Origin: Bugula neritina
Taxonomy: Eukaryota; Animalia; Bryozoa
Direction: 5' to 3'
Assembly (NCBI GenBank): GCA_964035545.1
Contig: OZ037765.1
Span: 26,535,504 to 26,599,503, forward strand
DNA length: 64,000 nt
Numbering within the stretch: the first letter of the stretch is position 1; every line of letters starts with the position of its first letter. The notes under the pieces are model-generated. The model saw only the letters and a program-made list of their open reading frames with translations. It was not told where the DNA came from and did no database searches. Positions 13,690 through 27,434 of the stretch are shown piece by piece. Made by a program: the position numbers and the translations under genes.

Positions 13690-15057
13690 TCAACCATGAC
13701 TAGATGTACTATCATTACTGGAAATAAGGCTTTGCATACTGTCATCAATAGCATTACTAGCAGCACTAGTCATGTCTAGAATTTCTATTGCTGGAGTGTC
13801 AACTGGGGAAGCGACTCTTAACTCTCGACTCTGTCTGTGTTGCTTTACCACTATATAAACCTATGATATAAATTGGCAAATAATAAGCAAAAGAAAGAGC
13901 ATGCAGTATCTTGCAAGCTAGCTAAAGGAAAAGGTGCAGCAAGCAGTTCACAAGCTTTAAAGTAGACAACTATTCTGTAGCACAGTTTTCTAAGTACCCA
14001 TCACTCACCAGATATAAGAGCATCACGAATACAGTTGTTACTAGGGGTGCAGCAACAACCATCCACCATTTATCTTTCACGTCTGCAAAGTTGAAGGTAT
14101 CAGCAAACACACCGCCTAGCTCTTTTTCAATCAGAACTTGAGGTGGAGTTGGAACCTAATTTAAATAAACTAGATAATAATGTGCCATATCTTATAGAGA
14201 ATGAATTACACTAAAATATGTTACATCAAAGGATAAATAGTTGCAGTGAAAAAATTCGTTATTTCATGAAATAATATTAATTAATATGAGTAACAATAAC
14301 TGCATTTACTAAAAAACATGTAAACTGCTTGAACGTTGAAAATTCTCATTCCATTATAAACATATTGTGAACAGGCAACTCCAAATATTCAATTCCTCAA
14401 ATATCAATATCATAATTATGACAAGAATTAATACTTAAATTATATTTTACAAATGAACAACTATGATGATATCTAATTGTCAAAAACGATCTACCTAGCT
14501 GATCCCTACAAAGTCCTGTCAGATAAAATAGTTGAAGGTAAATAAAAAAATTTTAAAAATATAATTATGGCATAACTTAACTAATAAAGCTAACATCTGT
14601 CTAGCTGTAAGTCTAACAAAGCTTAAACTTCTACTATTTTGATATTGATGATTTTTCCAGTTGAAGTCCTCTTTTAAAAACAATACTTGATGCAATTCGT
14701 CAATTTTGAGCCTTTTCAAAGACATATTAAGCTCCAATAAATGGAGTAATTGTCCCGACACTCTCTAAGCCCACTTTCAAAAATAAAATCTGAGGAACGA
14801 GCTTTACAAAGCTCATCTCAATTTAAAAGTCTTAAAAGTATAGACACATTGGCTGAGCTTTTAGATATCAATATTCTACAAGTTCTGTTGGTCAGAATTT
14901 TTTATTTACTACTTTATGCAAAATATTAGTTTTAATGCTACAAAATGAAATAAAAAAACTTACATAAATTAAAGCGGTTAAATCTTTGAGTTACCTGTTG
15001 GGTGGAAGTGGCTATATCAGAGGAGAGGTATATTTTAACACCCATCATACAATGCAT
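13690..15057 (-). CDS. Small single-pass membrane protein (~126 aa), unknown family
   Basis: Exons 15057-14995, 14155-14009, 13860-13690 (TGA), all phase 0 with GT-AG sites. Translation MHCMMGVKIY...VKDKWWMVVAAPLVTTVFVMLLYLVYIVVKQHRQSR...SSHG*: one TM helix followed by basic residues. The start codon is uncertain. Confidence 0.65.
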
Positions 15058-16830
15058 TTATTAGGCAGCATATTGAATTCAAAAGTCTAAATATTTCAGC
15101 AGTACTTCGTTACTCGCACATATTTATGGTAGAAGTGAGTACTGGGAGCTGTATAAGTGCTACAAGTACAACAAAAGTATACATACTATGAGTATGATAA
15201 AAATTGACAAATGATCATGAATAGTTTTATGATTATTTTTCAGCAGTATTTCATATTAAAATATGTATGTCTAGAATTCCAAACTTTTGATTGAAATTGA
15301 TATAATTTTCGTGATTATAAACCAATCAAAGCATCTACTTCTAGTTCTACTCGAAACATTAATATGCTAGTAAAGTATTGCTAGTAGTAGTACTCGTAGT
15401 AGTATTACTATCAGTATGAGTATGAACTAACAAATGCAATTACTATTAGTATTAGTACATGATGATTGATGATATTGATTATTAGTACAATTAGTGAAAT
15501 TATCACAATTAATATTATTATTAGTCTAATTAACATCCAGCATTTTGTTATAACTATACTTATAACTTATAAGTATATAGTTATACTTGTCCTTAATAGC
15601 ACCAGTATGAATATCAATATGTGAATACTGAATATCAATATCAAATTCAATATTAATATTATTAATATTATCATTATGATTATGATTATCAAATTCAATG
15701 TGATTATTCATTATTGGATATGATTATCTGATTATCATTATATTTTAATCGATTTAAATTAAACTTGAATAATAAATCACAAATCTTATTTTACCCTGGA
15801 GTACCTTACAGAGTGTTCAGGTGTTTTGAGTAGAACTGGTGGGAGAATCAGAATGAGAATGTGAAAGGTGGAGGAATAGTTTTTTCTCCACCCAGAAATC
15901 GAAATAAAAAATGAAGAAATTGGATTAGCGAACTTGGGTTTTCTCAATCAGAGTTGTCCTCCTACAATAATTTTTCTAATTATCGTGCGGATTGATTCAA
16001 ATAAACGCCAAGTATTCAAATAAATAAATAATGTAAACCGAATAGAGCCTTTAACCCTTTGGATAGAGTATATCAAAATTGTGTGAGCATTCGCTCTTTA
16101 AACTTACATGTAAAACCAAAATGACCATGAGGATTTATTTCTAACCCTAAATAACACCCTTCAATCTATGAAATCCTCCACCCATAACATAAATACCCAT
16201 ATCAACACCTTCAATGCTATAGCCTGCGATCCCAGCCTGTACCTGCAGGGTTTCCTGTTGAGCGCTGTCCGGAGCTCCGTATGGGGAAGATAGTGGCAGA
16301 TTTCTGAGCCTAGATAGATCCGAGGGTCCCAGAATTACTCTCTCCGAGAGGTCTTGGGACTTATCCCAATCAAGATCAAGATAACATTTCAAGAAAATAC
16401 AACATGGTGCACTTAATCTATTTGTGGCTTTTGTGTTGGTTAAACTATGCATTTAAATTGTAATGAGTAATCACACAGTTTTTAATTTCTGCAGTTGCCT
16501 GCCCATGATTATTAAGACTAGCTAAACCATGGATACTACCTTTTTATTTTGAGCTGTACTAAACATAAAGCATTGCATTTGGCTAATAAATACAACACTT
16601 ACACAATAATCCCCAGTTAACGTTTGCGTCAATTGAATTTATTAAACCTAAACATCTTATATATTATATACAGCATAAATAGTTTTGTTATAAAATGTTA
16701 AAGCAAAGTCATAGGTACGCGAGAACTACATATATACAGTATCTTACACCACAAGGTAGTGCAGTTCATGATAGAAAGACTGATGATGGTGATCAACAGC
16801 ACTATGATGGTACCGTATAGCTACAACTTA

Positions 16831-19262
16831 TTAGGATGTAGCTTTATAAGATTGAGAGTCCATGAACTGGATTCGAAGTTTCTTTAAAATCTCTAGCCAA
16901 CGCTCCTTTCTCACTGCTTCGTCTTCTGAAAACTGAAACACCAACACATAATAACTACCAGTAAGTATCCATGGCAAAAAATTGTATCTTTGAGTAAAGT
17001 TTTGCAGAAAAGACCTACCCGTGAGTGCATAATAGAATCAGCATCACCATCTCCAGAGTTATTTGACTTCACATAATCAAGAGATGTCCCAAAGGAGAAT
17101 TCGTTAGTTTTTTTCTAAAATTCCCAGAACTAGCTGACGAAGTATTTCAGCAATATAAATGAGCAACTCAACAAACTACATGCACATGTCATCTAGCTGA
17201 CAAACCATGAAACCCATACAAAAATTTGACTACACATTATTAATATATTGGCTAAAGATTGCCTGCAGTGAAATTTCACCCTTATGACATTTTGGCAACC
17301 AGGTGTGTCCTCTCCAGAAAAGACTCACTTGAAAACGATGCATCAAATTTCAAAATTTAAACAACAATTATGACGAAAGTGTAGAATCACATCTAAATGA
17401 TGTAAATTTATATTCAACTTAGCAAATAATAACAGGTTACTCACCCCATTCTGTTTAGCAGTGTAACGATTAGACGTAAAGTTCTGCTGTGAGAACCCGT
17501 CAGATTCAATATCAGCAATAGCTTGCTGACGTTTCTTAGTATCAGCTGGCTCCTCGTCATCTATTCCGTGTCTTTGTCTAATTGCTTCATCAGCAGCTTC
17601 TGTGAAACCAAAAACACATTTAGAAAACTCCTATGAAAAAAATCATGGCATAAAAATTTTCAATTCTCTCTGTGATTTTTTTAAATTGTTAAATGCAGAT
17701 ACAATTTATAACAATGAAATTGTAAGTACATACTTGCTTTTTCAATTGCCAGCTGCATTCTAGCTTGATTTTGTTCAGAAGGAGTCTAAATGTAAAAAAT
17801 GTATGCAGCACAATATACGGAGAAGAAGTAAGGCTACAAATATAGGACTCTACCACTAATCCAAATTCATCTGTTTTACACACAATTAGGTAGACTAAAC
17901 AAGTGTTAAAACAATTCTTTGCAATAATAGAAAGAACTTTATCTGAAAAATCAGAATGTAAAACAATAATTTGAATACATACCATATCAGCAAAGCTTTT
18001 CTCTACACCTGGACGCGAAGTGCTAAAAATCATACAGTAAATATATCTAGTATAGTGATTGTAAAAATGCAAAGTTCATACCTTATTTGTATTAAAAAGC
18101 AGGCTCTATTCTACTATATTCTAAGAAACTTTACAATTATTAATCAAATAACTGAAGACTATCTACAACATGTTCAAGAGAAAACAGACTACCATGGGAA
18201 GTTTCCAACTTGAAAACGCAATGCTCAGTATTTGAAAATAAATTTGAAGCATCCTCACTACCTTTCTGAATTAATGCTCTACCACCAAATAAGACCTGCA
18301 GCATATCAACAATATAAAGAATAAAAGACCTGCAGTCGCCTGATGAAGCAGGTGAAGAGCTATGTGATCGCCTTCTCCTCCTTCTGTCACGAGATCCTGA
18401 CCTGTCATACATAGACCGAGAATCACTCCTAGACCTACCTCGAGATCTAGAATGTGAACGTCGATACATGTATGAGCGATCTCGTGAACGCCGTCTGCCT
18501 GAAATAATTAATGCAACAGTAACTGCAAAATCAAACTGTATATGATATAGTGATTCCGTTTACAACAGAATTGTTTCTAGAAAAATGTTAATGACATGCT
18601 TCAGTTATATACCTCTTGAATGAGATCTGTATCGACTTCTACTATGTGAGCGAGAACGCCGGCTACGAGATTTATGATTATCTCTACTATTTGACCTGCT
18701 TCGATGTCTTTTACGTGAGGAAGATCGCTGTCGCTTTGATTTAGATTTTCTAGAATGCCTACTGTCATCACTTCCCGACCGAGATCTATTAAAGAGCAGA
18801 ACAATAATATATTTAAATTACAAATCAGTATTTCTGAGTAGAATTAGAATTGAACTACCTGCTTCATGGATTTAGCTTACCAATAATATTTTCGCCCTTG
18901 CATCGCTCATTTATTTATTTCCTCTTTAGAAACTTATATATACAGTTAGACCTTTAGTTCCCAGTTATCAAATACGTATCTTTCCTTAGCTTAATGAACA
19001 AACTTGTATACATAAGCATCAGAAGGAAAGGATGTGTCGAGCGGTTTTATCACCAGCTAAGTTACCTTTCTGAATACGGCATAATGTTACTTATGATAGA
19101 GCTTAAACTAAAACATCCTAAACATTCTTGTTGAAAGTACCTTTACTTCAAGTGAAATTTTTGAGTAAAAAGAACAAGGAAAAGCTTTAACAACCTGGCA
19201 GACTTTTTAGATTTCTTTCTTCTTACACGATCATATTTGTCATCTGAGTCATAATCGCCCAT
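16831..19262 (-). CDS. RSRC1: Serine/arginine-related protein 53 (arginine/serine-rich coiled-coil 1)
   Basis: ATG at 19262; RS-rich exons (~18786-18613, ~18498-18330); then TPSEQNQARMQLAIEKA, AADEAIRQ...IADIESDGFSQQNF, SIMHSR and FSEDEAVRKERWLEILKKLR, matching recalled RSRC1 C-terminal motifs (PAEQAKARLQL, IEAIESDSFVQQTF, LAHPNLF...EKWFKRL). Stop at 16831-16833. Confidence 0.85.
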
Positions 19263-19899
19263 TCTGAAGAACTTGGTAATATAAATAACAACAAGTACAA
19301 CCTAAAAAAAACACCACAACATTATTTTATTAGATCATAAGTAAAAATTTCAGCAGACAAACGCTTGCTATTGAACAGACCAAACACGACTGAAACAACC
19401 CACCTTTAGAGTCATAACAGTAAAACTAATGTAGGTAAAAATGTAACCCTCAACTCTAAAGTTTAAACTCTAAAAATTGGTTGAGACCATAATGATAACA
19501 AATACAATAAAATTGTGATTGTCATTAGTGATAACATTAACTGTTGATTCAGTTTTATTTAATTTTACTTACTACGGAATCAACAATAACTATGAGTATG
19601 AATGTTGTTTAGTATTCAATAATTGAAATCAGGATAAATGTTGATTGTTGTCATTTTTATTGTGAATCAGATTGATTTTGACTGAAATTAGACCTTGTCC
19701 TTAGTATTTAATTTCAAGTTTAACATTTACAACTACTTTAAGTTTATTAACTATAAATACATAACAAATTTGAAATTATAACAATAATCGTTTAATTAAT
19801 AAATTCCATTAATTTTATATCAATATCATAACCAATATATTTACAGTATCGACTGAGACTCTAAAGTGAGAGTCTAGAGTCAGAGTCACTGACTCTGAG

Positions 19900-20450
19900 T
19901 GAAACTGAAAGATGAAAAACTAGTTACTAGAAGTAGAAGCTTTGGAAATAGCGACTAAATTTAGCTTTTGTAAATGACTGCTACAAATAATTATAATATC
20001 AAAGGATTAAAGTTGATAAACCGCTCTGCATAATATTAACAAATAATGGAACGAAAAATGAAACTACGATCACATGAAATAATGAATAATCATCAGTGCC
20101 ACAGCAAAAAGAAACTCAATTTAGCAACGTAATAGTTTGACTCGCTGCACATAGTAAAATTGACCACGATATTTATATTAAATTAAAGCGTGATGTAGCA
20201 CAAAGTTTGGAGTCACTTGGTTTCAAATGTGAGAGTGTACACAATTACATTTTATTTGAACAATTATTGTGCAGTCTTTGATCCCACACTTTGCGTTCCA
20301 GTTAGCGATTCGCGCACACGCACTCTGTGGGAGTTTCATTTCAGTAGCTACAACAATTAATTATTTTCACAAAATGTTCCCGTTTCACTCTCAGTCCCTC
20401 TAGTACTAAGCTATCACTCATATGTAGGTTGAAGTGTTCCAGTGTTTAAA
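19900..20450. promoter_or_regulatory. Probable bidirectional promoter region of RSRC1 and EEF2KMT
   Basis: Lies between two head-to-head genes, has local CpG-containing motifs (e.g. GCGATTCGCGCACACGC near 20304) and is flanked on both sides by simple-sequence tracts. TSS positions were not determined. Confidence 0.45.
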
Positions 20451-21143
20451 CTACATATTTTTTTAAAATTACTAGTTACACTTACTGGGTTTGCCTGAAA
20501 AAGTTTTATGTTGCTGTCACATTCAGAGATTGACATTTACTAATTTACTGAGTAAGAGTAGCTGTAACACCAACTGTGTAAGTCACTAAGTGACTAGTCA
20601 GTAGCCTAACACTAACACTAACAGTAACTCTAGAGTCTAACTCTGAGTCTATGACTCTAGGGACTGGGACTACTAATAATATTAGTAATAATGCTACTAA
20701 TACTACTAAGTACTAGCCGTAGGTGGCTTACAATTTGGATTACACTTACAATTACTCACTGTTAGTGTTATTGTAGCTTATTGACTCCAACACAAACTAT
20801 AACACTAACTCAGTAACTGTGTAAGAGTAAGAGTAAATTTACGTGTAGACATTTAACTATAACGTAACTGTAACTCATAACTGTAAGAGTACGGTAGCCT
20901 CAAGAGTTAAACTTAACCCTGCCCCATAGCTCAAGCTTATCACTCTTTAGATTCAGTTATTGGTCACTTTGATTGTCCTTGCCTTTATATTCAAGCTCAA
21001 CACCTTATTCATTTGTATAATATATTCAATTTTACAAAGATACTTCAAGTTCAAGTAATAGTATAAGTAATACACTTACTCTTATTGATGGTCACCATTA
21101 TTGACTCTAGCTGCTGCTTGTCAGGCTAAATATAGCAAAAATA

Positions 21144-24100
21144 ATGGATCTTGGAAAATTAAGAGCGGAGTTTCTAATCTGTCTGCCAGCTAAAAACATG
21201 ACGTGGAGCAAAGTTAGTTTTACGTTACTTTTTTTTAAACTTTAGTTTGTCTTGTACTTATAGTCATTTTGACTGTAGCAATTACAATATTAGTTTAAAT
21301 CACAATGCCATTTTAATTTGTGTTCAACATGATTTTTATTTGAAACGGAATACACGGCACTGGTTTAGAAATTAATTTATAGTCATGATGCCTGTAAGTA
21401 CTGTAAATGTTTCTGATGAGATGTTGTATGCCTCATATTGATACACTGTTATGTAGATTGCAGGTAACCTTTGCTTTATAGAGTAATAAATGGCTAAAAT
21501 GTGTAACATGCATGAATAGAACTTGATCATTTTGTAGGATATCAAGTTTGAATCTATGCAGCAAGATGTTATTGCTGCCACTATTAGAAATGAAATTCTG
21601 CAGAAGAAACCACTTCCGAATAGCTACATTATGAACTTTATGAAAGTTTTTATGTCTAAAGTAATAAATTTAGTCCTACACATTTTTTTACCAAATTTAT
21701 TGGCCATAATTTCTAAGCTTCATGATTTCTAAGCTAGCAAAATTTATGTGTATGCAAAACTAGTTTTGTCTAGAAATCTGTTAAATTTGTATTGTAGCCT
21801 ATTTATAAGTTGTGCTTCTAGTTTACTATTATTTATTTCATCGCTGGTCATTAAAGTGGTGGTTTAAATGCTATTGGTTACATTGTTGTTTTGAGTGTTC
21901 TTGTATTAGCTAGTCTCAATAACATCTCATTATGTGTAGCATATTAGCAATTGATTAAACTAATTATTTTATAGTGATGAGTTTTTTTTTTCAAAGTTTC
22001 AACTTATAGTACTTGTCTCATGTTTCTTGCCAATAGATTGAAGAATTTGGTGGGGAAATCAGTGAGGTGACATTTGAAGCTTACGGGGATATACTGACAA
22101 AACCTGTTTCTGAAATTACATACAAACATTATGATGTGGTATGTGTATCAGTATACACTGATCTTGTAAGGCTAATTGACCTTTGGACTAGTTCGAAAAT
22201 ATAACTGACCACAGAATCTATTGTTTAACCTAAGCCTGTCACTTGGATAGTAGGCGACAGAGGCCGGAGAGTCAACAAGTTCCTTAGCCTACAACTCTTT
22301 AGTCAGTTGGAGTGAAAAGTAAACTTTTACATTTTCCAACATAACTGGTACCTGTTTCTCATATTATCGATAAGAGCATCAGTGTTGCTAAACCTTTGCA
22401 ATGACGTGTAGTGTAAACTAGCACAGGATGTATAAATTCCAAATTTTCTAAAGCGGATGATTTCTTGCTAGTCTTTAAATATCAGTTGACAGTTATATGT
22501 CGAGTCTCGATTTTTTGACATAATATGCTTTTGATGGTTATAACAAGTTTTTTGGCTTGAATATGTTTTGGTTATTATTTCTAGAAAGGTGTATCTATAA
22601 GTTTACAAGAAAGCAACACTCTAATAGCAGAAGGAACTACTGGGCTGGCAACATGGCAGGTATACTTATCAAGATTTGTGTGTTGCTTATTAAATACTTC
22701 TATTTTTGAACATATGTGCAGTGTATGAAGGCAAATTGTGTTACAGGCATCTCAGTATATGGCAGAATACCTTGTTGATGATTGTAGTCTACTAAAAGAT
22801 AAGTATGTTTATGTAACAAATAAAAACTTTATTTGCATTATTGTACTTAGTTACCTATTACATTCATGTCTGTTATGTAGCAACATCTATAATGCTTTTG
22901 AACCCAGTTTGTATGTTATTAATATGTAGTTCAACAAACATGACCAGCTCGTATTATATATATAATTCTTGATATTATACTGTATTGTATTATATTACGT
23001 TACTTTGCATTGATATTTACATGATATAGATTTAGTTTCGTAAACAAAATGAATGAGAGAACACATTATGTGCAATGATGATAGGCTCTGCTTGTACGTC
23101 AGTGGTATATGTATGGAACTTGAAATTAATATCATCATGGCAAAGGCTATTGGTACCTTATTCTAACTCTACTTAGCATTTATAGTTAGTTTCTCTTTGT
23201 TCAGCTTCTTATAGCAGCGCATTTACTTAAGAATAATATTAATCATGAATTGAATTTAGGCATGTCTTGGAACTTGGAGCTGGATTAGGGCTTCTTGGAT
23301 TAACCGTCTGTTCATTGTGCAATTGTGGGAGTTATCTCCTTTCAGACCACCATTCTTCAGTAGGTGCATATTACAATATTACCGCTTATTTTTTGATTTG
23401 CTGTTTTTGAAATTTGTTATTTGTATCACAAATGATACCTGGCTGTTACCTTTAGATAATGGTGAGGTTATTCTTTAGATCTGGTTGCTAGTTTTTAAAC
23501 CGTTTCCTACAAGGAATACATGTGGTTTTTACATTTGGTTAGGTTCTACATAAACTACAGAGAAATATAGCAGAAAATAGCAACAACTTGCTGTGTATTC
23601 CTTCTGTGGTAGATATTGACTGGGAAGAAGTCTCACACAGTGGTTTCACAAATAGTTTGAAAGAAAAGATACAATGCGTAGATGTTGTTCTTGCAGCTGG
23701 TTAGTATCCTTTATAAGCAAATCTGACATCTAAATATTGAAAAGAATATTTAACTAATGGTACATTCTACATTAACTTTAGAGCTAGGTTTAGATTAGTT
23801 AGAAAAGCTAGCACACACTGAGTCAAAACTTTTCCAATCATGGCAGTGGGATAAGTAATGGTTTTGAACTTATCTGTGGCTTGTATTGAATTGTAAATTA
23901 TACATTCTCATATATTTTTCAACTGCAGTAATTGAACTCAAGTTTATCCCATATCTTCTGTCATAGTTGTCTTGTTTGTTTGTTCTCAACATTTGAGGAA
24001 GAGAATGTTGCAATTTTTGCAGATGTTGTTTATGATGTGAAAATCATTCAGCCTTTGGTCCAGACACTGCGTCTAATAATTGAAATAATGAAAGAAGAAG

Positions 24101-25193
24101 GCAAGATTTTTGTTGCATCTACTATCAGAAATGAGGCTACTTATGAAAGTTTTCTGAAAGAGTTAGGCAAGTATAACACAAATTTTTCTAGTTATCATGA
24201 ATGACTGCCACCATTTTACAACTATTTTATGTAAGCCAAACATAACAGCATTGTATTCAAAATGAATTTTCCATCAGTGTCACATTGATATCAAACATAT
24301 CGGCTTGTCAGAATAGGCATCTAAAATTTGATATGTAATGTCAGACTATCTTTACATGCAACTAAAAGTAGCTGTAAGTTGATATAAATGGTGTGTGTTT
24401 AATGGTTAGCAATCTTCTAATTTAGAGAACTTAAAAGGCTAGTTCTTTTTCTAGTTGTGTTTTTCTTACTATAGATTATGTTTTGCTAGGGGGACAAAAT
24501 AGTTGTTGAGAAGGCTGCAAAATTAGCTTGTAAAGTTTTACGAGTCAAGTTGTCTTTTTCACTTGTGCATGTAATCATAGTAAAATTTGTTATCGATATT
24601 TTGGAGAAATTTGGTTGTTTAACCTCTACTAGAAGCTACATTGACATTAAGCCGGAAAAATCTCAACAAAACTCATGCAGAGATAACTACAGTGTTGGAG
24701 TTATGTGCCCGAAACAATTTGATATTTTTTGTGACCCAATTTTTTAAGTATTGCTTCATTGGCCTGACTCACTCGTGTGATCAGCAAGATATTATATAGC
24801 TAGGACAGAACTTCTAGCACTCTTATGATTTTGGTTTGAGTCTCTTACAGATACATCCCTTATGTTGTTGTTATTGAATGCTAAGTTATGTTTATAGTAG
24901 TGCATATAGTAGTGATAATATAACTGTGCAGTCCTGTAATGTAAGTTACGCAGTACCTTTTCAGTGCCAAGTTTAATAACTTCACACCTTAAACGGCCCA
25001 AAATATTTTTCATGAATTTTAATCTATTAAAATTTTATTGTTTTCCTGTTTGTGAATTATTAGTAATGTTAATATTTTGTATGTAGATAAACATGGCTTA
25101 GTCTCAAATGAAGTAACGAAGCATTCACCTCAACTGTTTATTTATGATAAGACAGCCAACATAACTATTCTTGACATAACACTACGGAAATAA
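21144..25193 (+). CDS. EEF2KMT: Protein-lysine N-methyltransferase EEF2KMT (FAM86A), METTL16/21-type seven-beta-strand methyltransferase
   Basis: Nine exons giving a FAM86 N-terminal domain, IAEGTTGLATWQAS, motif I VLELGAGLGLLG, LSDHH, IDWE, DVVLAADVVYD, VASTIRNEATY and a C-terminal QLFIYD. The last intron uses a GC donor (24167). TAA at 25191-25193. Confidence 0.93.
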
Positions 25194-25551
25194 GATGCTC
25201 AGCTATGGATTTGTACCAGTTATTGCATAGAATGGAGTAAGGAACATACACTCACTAGTCAATATACTTTTATCTATAATAGTTTGTAAATAAGTATGTA
25301 TTGAATTTTGTTTAAAAATTTGGTGCTACAATCAACATGTACTTTTTAAATATATACAAAATTATAATAAATGAAATTTTAGAAAATAAAATAACCTGTT
25401 GAATATAAGAAACAGTGCTGCTAATACTAAACATGTATAGAAAGATACGAAAATAAAATAAATTAAAATATAACAAAATAATTGGGCGTGTAACAAAAAC
25501 ATTTAATATGAGCTACTAAATCTTCAAAGAGTAATAATTTTTTCAACTTAG

Positions 25552-27434
25552 TCAGTAAAAATATGCACGGCATAGTGGTTCGGAAATTATGTTAATATCT
25601 GCTTGATTCTTTAAAGCTATGAAAACATGATCCTTATTGTGAATGTTTTGAGATCCAGGTTCACATTGACTGCAAAGGTCATAATCCTTACACATTCTAC
25701 AAAATAATATAGTTGGTTCTAATAATTTGGTGCTAAAAATAAAATAAAGACACCATGTGCTAATATGTTGGACTGACACAAACTTTTTAACAGAAATAGT
25801 AAAATAAACAGGTCATGAAAAATTTAGCTTACCCGCATTTGAAACGAATGCCTTTAATAGGAGCAGAGCCACAGAATTTGCATTTGATCCCAGAAAGGGC
25901 TAATATCTTTTCAGGTGAATGTACATATGCTTTGCCATGCACTTTTTGTCCGAAGTTCATAGACTTCGCAATATCATTAGCCTGTAGTCGAAAACGCACA
26001 TACAAGAAATTTGGTCATATCAAATACAAATGTTTTAGCTTTATCTCATCCAATCTAATTTAGCGGTTTCCAATGCCAATTTTTTCAGCCATCGTATGGT
26101 TTTAATGGTAAAAAACAAGCTACTAGACTTAGCCTTTGATTCCATAGACTAATGTAAGGTTTGCAATTAAATTTACGAGTATTAATTTTCATGCGCCTTT
26201 TTGGTTATTGAAGCTAGAGTTGGGAGATGCAAAAGTACTTGATATTAAGAGCAAGTTTAAACTGAACACTCAAACTTGATACTTTAATTAAAATTTCATT
26301 TTTTAAATCAATTCTATTGAAAAGAAATAAATCCATCTTATATTGGGGTACATCTCAAAAATAACATTAAATAGACAATTCAGATTGAGTGAATAAATAT
26401 GTACTTGCGGTTTTAAAATTGGACCAGTTGGCAGTTGTCTTTGAGGTTGTTGTTTCAATTTCAGAAAGAGATGCTGTGCATTGTGTAACTGTGATTGCCC
26501 ATGGCATGAAGGACAAAGGGTGAAGTCATCACACATCCTACAAGTTTACCATCAAAATATTAATGTGTGGTATAATGGGACATAAAAAACTTATTGGTCA
26601 CTTTCTTATTTATTTGAGGAAAGCATTCTATTATGATTGTGGGAATTTGCATGTATGTTAAAGTTAAGTGAATTACAAGTTCATTGCACCACATTACTCA
26701 CCCGCACTTGAATCTATCTATGGACGAGCTGGTTTTATTGCAGCCATTGCAAAAATAGCTACGCTTTTTTTTATTCTTTGCTTCAGCATAACCTAAAATA
26801 CCACCACCTGCCACAGCCAATCCAGCAACTATTCCTCCAAAACCACCAGTAAGGACGGTTACAGCTAACCCTGCCACAACTGATAGCCCCATTCCCAATC
26901 CGGTGTTTTCATTTTTTTGTTCTTTGAGTTGCGGTCCATGATAAATAACTTCATTAGTATCACCAACGCTTTCTAAGACACAAAATTTGTTCACAATACA
27001 CAAATAAAACTAGCTTGGAAGCATCATTATGAACTATGAAACATTGTTTATGCAAAAATTGCTTTAAAATAAATATTTATACACTAAAAACCCAACACTA
27101 TGTTTGATTAAGAAAGCTGATAATTTTCAAGCCTACAATATATTATTTTCTCACCTATTTGTGTATCTGTTCTTTCATAGTCATGAATTAAACTAGCAAG
27201 ACTAAGAGCAAACTCATTTTTTGGAAGTCTTTCAATCTGATTTAAAGGAGGAACGGAATCCCTCCGACACGTTGGGCATAGCTTGTATTCACTGCTATCG
27301 TGACTTCCTCGCAATTCTATTAGGCAATGGAAACAAAAAGTATGAGAGCATTGTAGAGTCCTTGGATCATCAAATATTTCCATACAAATGGGACATGTGA
27401 CGCAATCTTTCGATTCCTCCTTTATGCGTTCCAT
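25552..27434 (-). CDS. RING(C3HC4) - Gly-rich hydrophobic hairpin - ZZ - ZZ protein, paralogue A (putative membrane E3 ubiquitin ligase)
   Basis: Exons 27434-27155, 26972-26702, 26537-26405, 25981-25833, 25696-25552. TRIM-type RING CPIC...CSHTFCFHC...CPTC; hydrophobic GLGMGLSVVAGLAVTVLTGGFGGIVAGLAVAGGGILG; ZZ fingers CNGC..RFKCGMCDDFTLCPSC..H...H and CKFC..IKGIRFKCGMCKDYDLCSQC..H...H. Likely non-coding first exon ends near 28121. Confidence 0.88.

Noticed and set aside
16292-16325. Resemblance to U4 snRNA (AGTGGCAG...AGCC...ATCCGAGG)
   Set aside because: No U4 5' end, k-turn or Sm site; probably chance similarity.
22250-22350. Two adjacent hairpins in an EEF2KMT intron resembling an H/ACA snoRNA
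   Set aside because: No ANANNA hinge box and no correctly placed ACA.
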